The notes below the pieces were generated by a model. It had not been told where the DNA came from. It worked only from the letters and a program-made list of their open reading frames with translations, and ran no database searches. From contig OZ234494.1 in NCBI GenBank assembly GCA_965153455.1, positions 2,914,001 through 2,978,000 on the forward strand: a stretch of DNA of 64,000 nucleotides, given 5' to 3'. The translations under genes were made by a program, and so were the position numbers. Positions 12,572 to 23,917 of the stretch are shown piece after piece. The stretch comes from Sphagnum compactum. Its lineage: Eukaryota. Position 1 is the first letter of the stretch. Each line of letters opens with the position of its first letter.

Positions 12572-12733
12572 ACTTCCAATGCAAAGCTGCTAGAGAAAGC
12601 TGCACTAAAAAGAAATGATGACAGATCACAGACATGTGTTTATTGCTTAGGAACTTCCAATGCAAAGCTGCTAGAGAAAGCTGCACTAAAAAGAAATGAT
12701 GACAGATCACAGACATGTGTTTATTGCTTAGGA
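12572..12733. repeat. 2 x 81-bp tandem duplication inside Helitron cargo
   Basis: acttccaatgcaaagctgctagagaaagc...ttattgcttagga starts at 12572 and 12653. Confidence 0.95.
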
Positions 12734-15700
12734 AAGGTCGGTTCTACCAGTCAATTCCTGGAAGCAGAAAGTACAGCATCATGAATGCTCTTGGACATGT
12801 AGACAATGACACACTATGTAGTGGAGCAACGATGCCAATGCACATCCATTTTCAAGTGTTTCTCAGGTCCTTTGCAATTTGCAAAATACCTGTCTCCAAT
12901 GCCATATTGGTTCTTTCTGTTGCATCATTGACAATATAGACTTTTGGTGCTAAGTTTTCAAAATACCTGATAATATCCATTTTGCAACCTAATTCCAGCA
13001 CTTGGTGATTTGTAGACCTTAGAAGCACACAATCAAACAAATGAGACAAACAAACCCTAACTCAAGTCTTTACCCACTGATAAGTGGAGTATGGAGGGTA
13101 CTTGTGTCCACTTCATCAGCAAACTTGGTGAAAATAGATACAAACTATCAGTCCCAAGAATCTAACATATGAGATTTTTTGCTATCCTTCCTACAGGTCC
13201 ATACTGCAAGGAAAGCTGCTAAGTACCTGCATATTCCAACACTCACCTGGCATAGGTGAAGCAGGAAGGAGGGCCTTGCACGTAATGAGTCACATTCAGA
13301 AATCCCTATACCCTGTGCAAGAAAAAAAGAATCAAAGCAATAATGGCTCTGACTGACCTGCAAACCTGCACAGGATCAAATGGTATCAATGTGTTACATT
13401 CTACTCTCACACCTAAATGACTGACACAGGGAAGATGGACACTGATAGTGGCAAATTAAGTAACAGAGGATCATCCACATTGCAATCTTAGGTGCTCTCC
13501 ACTCCACCTGCAGCAGATGTTATTGGGCCTGCAATCTTGACATACATAGAGAGGAAGAGAGCAAGGGACTAACGCTAACAAATATAGCCGCATTCAATAG
13601 AGATTTACCCATTTTCTGCCCCTGTTCACCTGTACACAAACAATTTGTTGGCTTTTACAGCTCCAATTCCAAAACATTTCAAGCTGCTGGCCTATGAATT
13701 TTTTTATGAATTTTTTTGATGAGGATTGTTGAATTTTGTTATGAATTCATTGTAGCTCTTACTTCGATTCTTACATTCTGGAGGTCAGCAAATCTCTTGA
13801 ATGTGCCATTGGCATCTAAAGTTATGAATTGAAAGACAGAGAGACACAGACACAGACACACAGAGAAAAATACAAAAGGGATTTGAATGTGGTCTCATTG
13901 AACATTGCTCTGCTCTGATCTAAATGCATCTTCTTCAGAGAGAAATACAAAAGGGATTTGAATGTGGTCTCATTGAACATTGTTCTGCTCTGATGTGAAG
14001 CATCTGTCTGTCTCTTGGAGCTTTTTCAGATATCAGAGACATCAAGGCAATTTCTTCAGAGATCAGAGACATCATGGCAATTTCTAAGAATTTGCTTTTC
14101 AAAGATGTTTCCCAACTGCCCTAACTGCCGCCGGTTCCGGCGTAATGTTAAAACGCATAATGTCTTGTGACACACAGACGGACACATAGACACCATTGTA
14201 GCTTTTATATATAGGATGGACAATGAAAAAGATAAATACATTGTCATAGCCATGAACAGTGTACTCACATGTGCTTCATGTCTTTGTTGTGTTTGCGATT
14301 CTTGATGCATTTCATTGACATTTGAGCAAAGGCATAAAAAAATTCAATATGTATTTTTTATTGCTAATGATAATCCTCCTCCTCCTCCAATTCTAAAGGT
14401 TTCAACTAATAAAGGCATTTAGGTCAACTTCATCATTTTGTTAAATATATCCACATATGTATATATAAAATGTCAATGTTTCAACTTTTATTTTACTTTT
14501 TCCATAATTCTTGCCACTTCAACTTCTTGCCAATTTACCATGTTTTATATCTAAAAGAAAATTTGGTTTTGTTGGCATCACCAACACCAATATAATGGTT
14601 ACGATTGAACGAAAACATTTGTTTTCGTTTTTCTCCTTCCATTGCCAAGGTATCAACAACCATATGCCCCCAACCTTGTCATTGTTTCATTCCATGACAA
14701 CAAATGGGACAGTGGATCTGTGCATGTATCATCATCATCATGTTACATTGAATGGGTTTCTCATTTTCATGTTTGTGGAGTGGACTAAAGGTTGACTTTA
14801 ATCAATGGGAATGGTATTTAACAATATTCATGGTTTTGTTTAAGTGGATTTGAATATCCATGTTTTTTTAACTTTCAATTTTGTCTATCATGTTGTAGAA
14901 TCCACAATTTACAAATGTTGAAAATTTCCCCCAAAAATTCAAAACAATTTTTTTTTGTGAAGGAAACTATTGAATTATCAAGAATATTTTATTTGTCAAA
15001 AAAATTAATTATTTGACAAACATTTGTTGAAGTTACAAAGGTAAAAAGGTATTAGTATACACACAAACAACAGAAGCAAACTCCTAAAATAGCCCCACAC
15101 AAGATAATTGATCTAAAGTTTATCTGAATATCAAATGGGAAAATGGGAAAATCAATCCTAAGCAAAACCTTCACACCAACAATATGATGTCCAATGAAAG
15201 TGGGTAGATGTGACATATAATGTTGAAACCTTCATAAGGAGGAAAGCCACCATAAATTACAAAACATTTTTTGTTACTGATTTAATCACAAAATCTACCT
15301 AAAAAAAACCTGAAAAAACACACTTTTGAAGGGGAGGGTAAATCCCAACAAATAATGCAAAACCTCAAACATTATTATAATGGAGTCACAAAAACACCTA
15401 ATAACCACATAAATCATCAAAAAATTGTGTTGATTGAATTTAGGATATAACCAACAATAGCACAAAACATAACACACTACATTAAGATCAAATGTTGACA
15501 ATTTTTTTTTAAAATTTGAAAAAATAATTAGCCAAGACATTTTCACAATTATTGTAAAGTTATCATCATGCAAATTGGGAATTAATTTTGAACCATGTCA
15601 AATTTATTGTGTATTAGTACATCATGATCCTCCTAGATGAAATTCTCATGGAATTTTTATTCCCCAAAAGTAATAATCATGTCACCTAGCTTTGGTAAAT

Positions 15701-16446
15701 GGCCAATATCATACTCTTGAAAAATGAATCACACTCGATGAATTGTTAACTTCGGGAATTGTCAACAATGCACAGAAAACATTTGTGGATGACATAATCG
15801 AATGGCTACCCTTATGATTTGCAAACAAATAATGTAAAAAATATAAATGGAATCAATTAATACATGGTGAAATTTTCACAGTTTCTTCTTTTGAAAAAAA
15901 ATCCCAATTTTTCATTTCATCATAATTTCAAATTGAAAAAATAGAACTAGCATATTATCATTAAAAAAAAAAGAATTGCAAGAGTATATTTAACCAATTA
16001 TTCATAATTGTATCTAAAAAAGTGAGGATTTCCACTATAGCCTTTTCTAGGACCTAGCATTAAATAATATGCCTCTTAGGAGCTTTTAATCAACTTTTAA
16101 ATATATATATTTTGGGTTCCAATTCAATTTTCAAACATTGAGGCATTTAAGCCCATTACATGAATGCACATCATGTTAAGATGAATCCTTACATTTAAAT
16201 GGATCATGGATGACATTGATTAATGGAGCCCTCCTATCACAATTATAATTTGGGTAGCTTGCAAATGGTAGTTTTATTTTTGGGACATGAGTTTGGCAAT
16301 TGAATGACTGGTTTCATTTTTTGGGACATAAGTTTTGGTGTTGAATGAATGAGATTTAATCATTGGACAATTTGCAAGAATTTATTTTCCTCCATTTTGA
16401 AGATCATTCAAATAGTCCAATGAAATGCTAAAAGTCATTTTTTACA

Positions 16447-19400
16447 ACATTCAAATCCTCATGTAACATAGTAAAACACAAAATCTCTCATTTGTTTTGA
16501 AGGGGATTAATGTGATTGTTGTTTCAACCCAAAAATTGAAATAACTAACAAGTATATTAGTTACATCCACTTCATCCTTTTTAATGTAGATTAATAAGGC
16601 TTGCAAGAAACATAACAAATTAAAAAAATGTAAAGTTTTCCAAGTAATGCACATGTTTTTATTTTATTTTATTTTGGAAAAATGTTTTATTTTCATTTAT
16701 GTTGACATTTTTTCCAAGTGTTCTCCACATACATTTCACCAAAAATCAATGTGATACTTGTTCTAAACTTTCAATTTAGAATTGTTGACATTCCTTTTAA
16801 CAAAATATATTCCAAAACATGTAAATATAAACATAGCTTCTCAACATATGATGTTGTGCAATGTGTTTTTTTTGAACATATGAAAATTGTAATAATTTTT
16901 TAGAAATAGGAATTCCAATGTCAAAAAACTTGAAGTTGGTATAATGAAGATGTTTTGTATGGTCTTTTATCGTAACAATTCTAAATAGAATGTTGAGGAC
17001 CATATGACGGATTCTGCAAAGGTGTCTCTTTGGATCTATGTCTTTTCAACACCATAGCCATGAATTACCAAAATCATGAACAAATTTTCAATACCTTTTG
17101 TACCAATTTGCATTTCATTTCTTTTCAATTGATTATGAATCCCATTGAATTTGAATTTAGTTCAATATATTTTAATCCAATAGGAATTTTAATTCAAATA
17201 ACCATATTGATATGTTAATTCCAAACTACTCCAGATTATAACATGTTAAATCAATTATATTTTGATTATTTGTTTCTAACTGAATATTAAGCATGAGAAG
17301 AATTTTTTTATTAAAAAACTAATGTAGGTTTGATCCAACCCTATTACATAATACACAACATTTACATCACTTTAGATGGACATCACACTGCCACCCACAT
17401 ATCATTAAGTTTTATACATGATCATCATATGAAGACATACAACAACAAAATGAAAAGGCGAACATTGTTGTTAACACATGAATAATGAACTATGGAATGG
17501 AAAATTTATTACTTCTATTTAAATTTCATTGAAATTTAACTCTTTTTGTAAGAACTTTTATGTCCAAAAAAAAACTTCCATAATTTGCTGAAAATGAAAG
17601 TTAAAAAAATATATCAATGAATATTTTCAATCGTCGAATATTTTGCTACATTTCCCTCCAACTTCCACCAAAACTTCAATCTTCACTCCCTGGTGCACCA
17701 TAACCATAACATATTCTACCTATTGGTTAATCTCCCAGAACATGTTACAACATAATCAAGTCAGATTCTCTTCCCCCCCGCCCCTGCCCCCCCAAATCAT
17801 GCACCCATCAATGTAACTTATCAACATACACTTCAAAAATTTTAATACAAACTAACATATGACCCAAACAACAACATAAATTGCAAGAAATCAAGGAGGT
17901 CAATACAACACAACCATAACAATGAAGTGTAAATTAAAATGAAAAGAACAAAAAAAACCATATTCTATTGTGCGTTTCAAATATACAATATTGTACACAA
18001 GGTGCCATTGACCCTACAACAAATCCAAGTCCTTTAGAATTGTGTTAATTAAACTACAATCGTGTAGGAATGTGCAACCTGAATAAGATTGTCCATCACA
18101 AAATTCTCATTTTTGTATCATTGTTTGAATTTTTTTTAAATGTTGATGTTCATTCAACATAAAGGTTCTCCCCTATTCCCACATTCACGTAGACCAACTT
18201 GACTATAAAATTGTCTATAAAAAATTTCCATGTTTGGATCTTTCTTTGAATCCTTTCTGAATGTTGATATTGTTCAATGGAAGGGATTTCCACTATTCCA
18301 CGCCCATGTTCCATGTCTTCAAGAACAACGCTTTCAAATCCATCCAACTCTACAAAATGGGAAGGAACAAAACTAATCAAAGAAAAATGTTGGACATCTA
18401 GATGAGTGAAACCATCCATAAGCTTTTGGACAATTGTAAATCAATATAAAATGATAAGTATAAACCATCTATGAAATCTATTTCAAATGAAAGAAGTTTT
18501 TTGCTTTCTAAATACAACTCCAAGGAAAGGCCATTTTGAAATCTTTGAACTGGTCAATGACTCCACTAATCCATCGACTCCGTACCAAATCTCCAACTAG
18601 TTTGGAAAATTAGTCCAAAAGTCATGAAGGAGTTGATGGCATCTATAGAGTGAGCCACAACAAGTTCAAGAGCCTCATTTTTTGTAAACCGTGCAATTGA
18701 GTTCCTCAGATTAATGCAATTGTGAGAAAGCTTTGGTACTCTTGCGGTGCCATGCCCATGATATTTGAACCTACTTGAATGGCAAATTCAAGTAGTTAGA
18801 ACATCCTAAAAACAACATCTTGAAAATTCATTAAAAACAACATAAACATTTATATCGTTCACTTCTATCCTTGAAAATATTTGTACAAAAACTAGGAAGT
18901 AGTAATGTTGTTGTGCCTTATAGATTATTAAATACTCACCACCACGAGCGCAAACAAGTCATCTTCAAAAAATTGCTTTCCATCACCGTCCTCTTCTCCT
19001 CTCATATTTATGTTCCATTTCAAGATTATGTTGCACAAATTATTAAGTTGTTCCCACTCCAATGGTGTCTAAGCACTTTGAACTCCTTGAGGTTTACTTT
19101 CACCTCACAATCATTCCATTCAATATATGTCACAATTTAATAGTTATTTTAAATTTGAAAAAAAAGTCAACAACCTTATTCCAACATATTGTGGAATTGG
19201 TTTGCACATTTAAAAAAAAAGTAAACAATAAAAGAAGCAACATTTTTTGAGGATTTAAGGATTGTCACCATAAGTTTGTATAACATATTATTGTTAAACA
19301 TAGTATAGTTGCAAATTTAATTGATCCATTGAAATACGAAAGGTATCAACTTGAATGGGATTCGAATGCAAAAGAGTTTTTAGAAAAAATAAAATTAGTT

Positions 19401-21095
19401 GATGACAAAGGTGCATTGCATCAAAGAAGAAAAAGAAAAAGAAAAAGAAATTGTGTTTAACAATGGTTCTAGAATTTGTGTAAAACCATTGCATTGAAGT
19501 CCTTTTTGATTTCATAAATGTCATCATTCTAATCTAACAAAATGTTAAAAGGCTTTTTTTAAAAGCATTCAAATCCTCACGACACCTTAATTCCCAAAAT
19601 CTCTCACTTTTGGAAGGGGATTGTTGTGACTGTTGTTTTGACCCAAAAATAGAAGTAATTAATAAGTATATTAGTTACATCCACTTCATCTTTTTTAATG
19701 CATATTAGTAAGGCTTGCAAGAAACATAACAAATTGAAAAAAAATGTAGAGTGTCCAAGTCATGCACATGTTTTTATTTTATTTTATTTTTTCCATTTTA
19801 TTATTTTGTAAAACCATTTTATTATTTATTTATGTTGACATTTTTTTCAAGTTGTCTCCACATACATTTCACCAAAAATCAATGTGATACTTGTTTTAAA
19901 CTTTGAATTGAAATGGCCACGTGAAATTTCTCCAAAATTGTTGGCATTCCTCTTAACAAACTATATTCCAAAACATGTAAATATAAGCATAGCTTCTCAA
20001 CATATGATGTTGTGTGATGTGTTTTTTTTGGGCAAGTGGAAATTGTAATAATTTTTTAATAATAGAAATTCCAATGACAAAAAACTTGAAATTAGCATAA
20101 TGAAAGTGTTTTGTATGGTCTTTTATTGTAACGATTCTAAATAGGATGTTAAGGATCATATGAAGGATTCTACAAAGGTGTCTCTTTGGATCTATGTCTT
20201 TTCAACACCATAGTCATGAATAATCAAAATCAAGAACAAATTTTCAGTACCTTTTGCACCAATTTGCATCTCATTTCTATTCAATTGATTATTAATCCCA
20301 TTGAATTTGAATTAAGTTCAACATATTTGAACCCATCTTAGGAATTTTAATTCAATTCAATTTAATAATTTCAATGAAGTTCAAGTTGCATGGAATGTCA
20401 TTCAACATTTTAATTCAAATGTAATTTAATTTTCAGAAAATAAACTCATTTTTTCATCATTATGACATCATTAGTAGTACATAGGAATGTAGAGTCCATC
20501 GTTTGATAATTTTTTTGTTAGACGTGACAAAAATGTTTTATTTTTTACAAAAATAGGGCCATTGGTGGACTATACAGGAACTTACTAATGTTGAAAAACC
20601 ATATTGATATGTTAATTCCAAACTACTCAAAATAATTACATTTTAATTTTTTTATATTTCGATTATTTGTTTGATAATTGAATATTAGGCATGAGAAGAA
20701 AATTTTTATTAAAAAACTGATGTAAGCTTGATCCAAGCCTAGACCGTCTTGGATGCATGTTGTTGCCATTAAAAAGTCAAACTAATTAACAATTGCAGAT
20801 TTCTCGATTACATAATACACAACATTTACATCACTTTAGATGGACATCACATTGCCACCCACATATCATCAAGTTATTATCCATGATCATCATATGAAGG
20901 CATACAACAACAACAAAATGAAAAGGCGAACATTGTTATTAACAACAACCAAATGAACACATGAATAGTGAAATATAGAGTGGAAATTTTATTATGTATA
21001 TTTAATTGCATTGAAATTTAACTCTTTTTATTAAGTTTTTATGTCAAAAACTTTCTTTCGTCCATAATTTGCTAAAAATGAAGTTTTAAAAAAAA
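16447..21095. repeat. Diverged direct duplication: ~16447-17620 vs ~19566-21095 (second copy longer by insertions)
   Basis: Collinear blocks including aagtatattagttacatccacttcatc, aaggtgtctctttggatctatgtcttttcaacaccatag and catttacatcactttagatggacatcaca. Confidence 0.9.
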
Positions 21096-21284
21096 TTTCC
21101 ATGATTGAAATGCAAGTGTCAAATGAAGTTCTTGCGACTCAAACTCAAGTGTTTTTAACACAGAAGGAATTCCTATTACCACTCCAATTCAAGTGTTTTC
21201 AACACACAACACAAAAAGTTACGTGATTCAAACTCAATTGTTTTCAACTACAACCCGTTTCTTTCTGCATAATGGGTAGGGATA

Positions 21285-22130
21285 AAAAAAACCCATTGCA
21301 AAATTTATTACAACCCACTTCTGGATATGGGCAGGAAAGAAAACTCATTGCAAGACTTACTAACAACCCATTTCTGCATTTGGGCAGGGAAAAAAAATTC
21401 CATTGCAAAATTTACTACAACCCATTTCTACATTTGGGCAGGGAAAAAAATCCCATTGCAAAATTTACTACAACCCATTTCTGGATACAGGAAGGGCTTT
21501 TTGCCCATGGCAAAATTTACTACAAACCCATTTGTGCATACGGGCAGGTCCAAAAAAAACCTATTGCAAAATTTACTACAACCCATTTGTGCATAAGGGC
21601 AGGTCTAATAAAAACCTATTGCAGAATTTACTACAAACCCATTTGTGCATACGGGCAGGTCCAAAAAAACCTATATCAAAATTTACTACAACCCATTTGT
21701 GCATACGGGCAGGTCTAATAAAAACCTATTGCAAAATTTACTACAAACCCATTTGTGCATACGGGCAGGTCCAAAAAAACCTATTGCAAAATTTACTACA
21801 ACCCATTTGTGCATACGGGCAGATCTAATAAAAACCTATTGCAAAATTTACTACAAACCCATTTGTGCGCACGGGCAATTCTAAAAAAAACCAATTGCAA
21901 ATTTTCCCACAACCCATTTGTGAAAACGGGCAGGTCTAAGAAAAAACCCATTCCAAAATATGCTAAAATGCATTTATGCATACGGGCAAGGCTAAAAAAA
22001 ACCAATTGCAAATTTTCCCACAACCCATTTGTGAAAACGGGCAGGTCTACAAATAATAAACCCATTCCAAAATATGCTAAAATGGATTTATGTATACGGG
22101 CAAGGCTAAAAAAAAGCCATTGCAAAACTT
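21285..22130. repeat. Minisatellite, about 15 units of ~55 bp, with alternating-unit (dimer) sub-structure
   Basis: Unit cc(t)attgcaaaatttactaca(a)acccatttgtgcatacgggcaggtc; units alternate between ..ggtccaaaaaaa and ..ggtctaataaaaa. Confidence 0.95.
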
Positions 22131-22187
22131 GAGTTAGCGTCAAGCATGGTATTTTTTTTTGATTTGGGAAGTTGGGTTGGGTTAGGT

Positions 22188-22347
22188 GAGCCCTATTTTC
22201 AAAAGGCTTCCAAAAATTAGTGGGAGTGACCAAAAGTAGGGCCACTTAAATCCCACATGTAATGTGTGTTCCAGGCAGGTGTGTCAGCACGGCTTCCCGT
22301 CCCTAAACGGTCATTGGCAAGCCGCCATCACCCTTGCAAGGTCGGGT
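22188..22347 (-). ncRNA. U4atac: U4atac minor-spliceosomal snRNA
   Basis: Minus strand ACCCGACCTTGCAAGGGTGATGGCGGCTTGCCAATGACCGTTTAGGGACGGGAAGCCGTGCTGACAC matches the recalled plant U4atac 5' stem-loop (CAATGA.CGTTTAG.GACGG...CGTGC.GACAC). 3' hairpin GTGGGA..GTGGCC/GGTCAC TCCCAC, Sm site AATTTTTGG (22210-22218) and terminal hairpin AGCCTT/AGGGCT. Exact ends approximate. Confidence 0.88.
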
Positions 22348-22372
22348 GAACCAGGCAACGCAAGGGCGAGAG

Positions 22373-22419
22373 TATATATAAGCGAAGGCTTCCCTGGATA
22401 CGCGCAATCAATATGGGAT
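22373..22419 (-). promoter_or_regulatory. Plant snRNA promoter: USE plus TATA
   Basis: ATCCCATATTG (22419-22409; consensus RTCCCACATCG), then TTATATATA (22381-22373), about 30 nt upstream of the U4atac start. Confidence 0.8.
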
Positions 22420-23917
22420 AAAAAAAACACACCACCCCACACCATCGGATAAGCCCTAGAAGCAGAAACGTGAAGAATGCTTCGCTCGTCGTTTCCTTCT
22501 TTCCTTGCGTGAATGTGCATTGTGGGTTTTGTCGCAGCAGACGAGAGCGTTTCTCTGAAGGTAAAAAGAGGAAGAATCGAGTGCCAAATGTGGAATATCG
22601 CACTCGTTCTGTATCAAGTAAGTTTTTTTTTTTTTTTTTTTGGGTTTGCTTTTCCCCCTTTCTTTTCTTCTAGAACCACTGCTTCTTTGTTTGTTATTGT
22701 TGTCGTTGTCATTTTTGTTGTTCATGTAGTATGCTAGGATTGTTTTGTAAGGTATCGTTTTGGTGAGATAATCGTTAAGTAGTTTTGTTGCTTTTATTTT
22801 ATTTATTTTTCCTCCAAAAGTTTCGACTGCTGGAAGCTTCAAGATGATTTTTTGGTGTATCAAAACGAACTTTTTTCGTCAAGGTTCAGTATCCAGCTGA
22901 TGACCTTTTTTTCCTTGGTTAGCGACTCATGGTCATGGTGCAAGTGATGGTTTGGTTTCCAGGATCTTCTTGACCTCTCTTACAAGAAGGTTGAATGTCT
23001 TTAAGAGTCATCATTCCGCTCAGATATCTTCTGTGACTTTTTGGGGGGGGGGTGTCTTTTGAGCATCATCATACTTTGTGCTGCTGATCTGTGTGCTTTG
23101 AGCTCTGATTGCTCTTTATATCCACATCAATTCTTCCTCTGCAACCTGTGGCCTTTCAATTGAACTTGATTATGTGTCCAATCCTTCTATTTGCTATCCC
23201 TTCTTCTTCATTCCTAGCTTCCTACTTTGGTTTCCAGTGAGGTTCTGTTAGCTACCAGCATGCGGTTCGGTTCTGTTTTGTGACATGACCTCTCTTTTAA
23301 AGAGTTGAGATAGCGGAGAAGGCATTATGATGAAGACATGCAGCAATTAGGGTTCCAGAAACTAGAGTAAAGTGATGATATTTGAAGTGTGCTTTCATCT
23401 CCAGGTAATTTGAGATCAAGTGTATGCATTTTCTATGCCCTGTCTACCCTTCTGGCTCTTGCCTCAACATTGCCCATATTGACATAATTACACTCCCTCT
23501 TCTTCTGCATTGGCTGTTTGTCCATCCACTCAAGCAACCAAATGTTTGGTCAGGACTGTTGTTATATCTTGACCTACCAAGTGATCTTCTTTCTGTCTTT
23601 ACTTCTTGGCATTGCTTTCTCCTGGCATCCTGCTGCCTATCTGATATGCAATTGAGCATCCTCATCTTTTGATACTGATGTGCATGCTCTTGAAATTCCT
23701 TCAACAAACCAGAATCGGACAGTTGATATAATTGGCTGTTGGGGGTTTGGGACCACAAGTAGAAATGTTTCTTGGAGTCTGATGGGAAACCTTTGCTGAT
23801 CCACAGGTGGAAATGAGGTGAAACAATGCAAGAGAGCGTGAGCAGGCTAGGAGACTTAATTATCAAGATCTTGAATAAGGTCAAAGTTGGAGCATGTGAC
23901 TGAATTGCTGCACACCA

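Larger units (their letters stand above)
3740..14216 (-). mobile_element. Non-autonomous Helitron carrying captured gene fragments (RPA70 plus unidentified pieces), with nested LTR retrotransposon
   Basis: 3' end on minus: hairpin GTGGC-GTA-GCCAC (3754-3766), 10 nt, then CTAG|T (3740-3743). 5' end A|TCCTATATATAAAAG at 14216. Inserted between A and T with no TSD. No Rep/helicase ORF inside. Confidence 0.88.

Noticed and set aside
22150-22212. Possible DNA-transposon TIR next to the minisatellite
   Set aside because: No partner TIR was found; the sequence is explained as the U4atac terminal hairpin and 3' flank.
21272-22245. Several overlapping ORFs of 79-149 aa; repeat-spacer appearance
   Set aside because: These are translations of the minisatellite. 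There are no unique spacers or cas genes, so it is not CRISPR.
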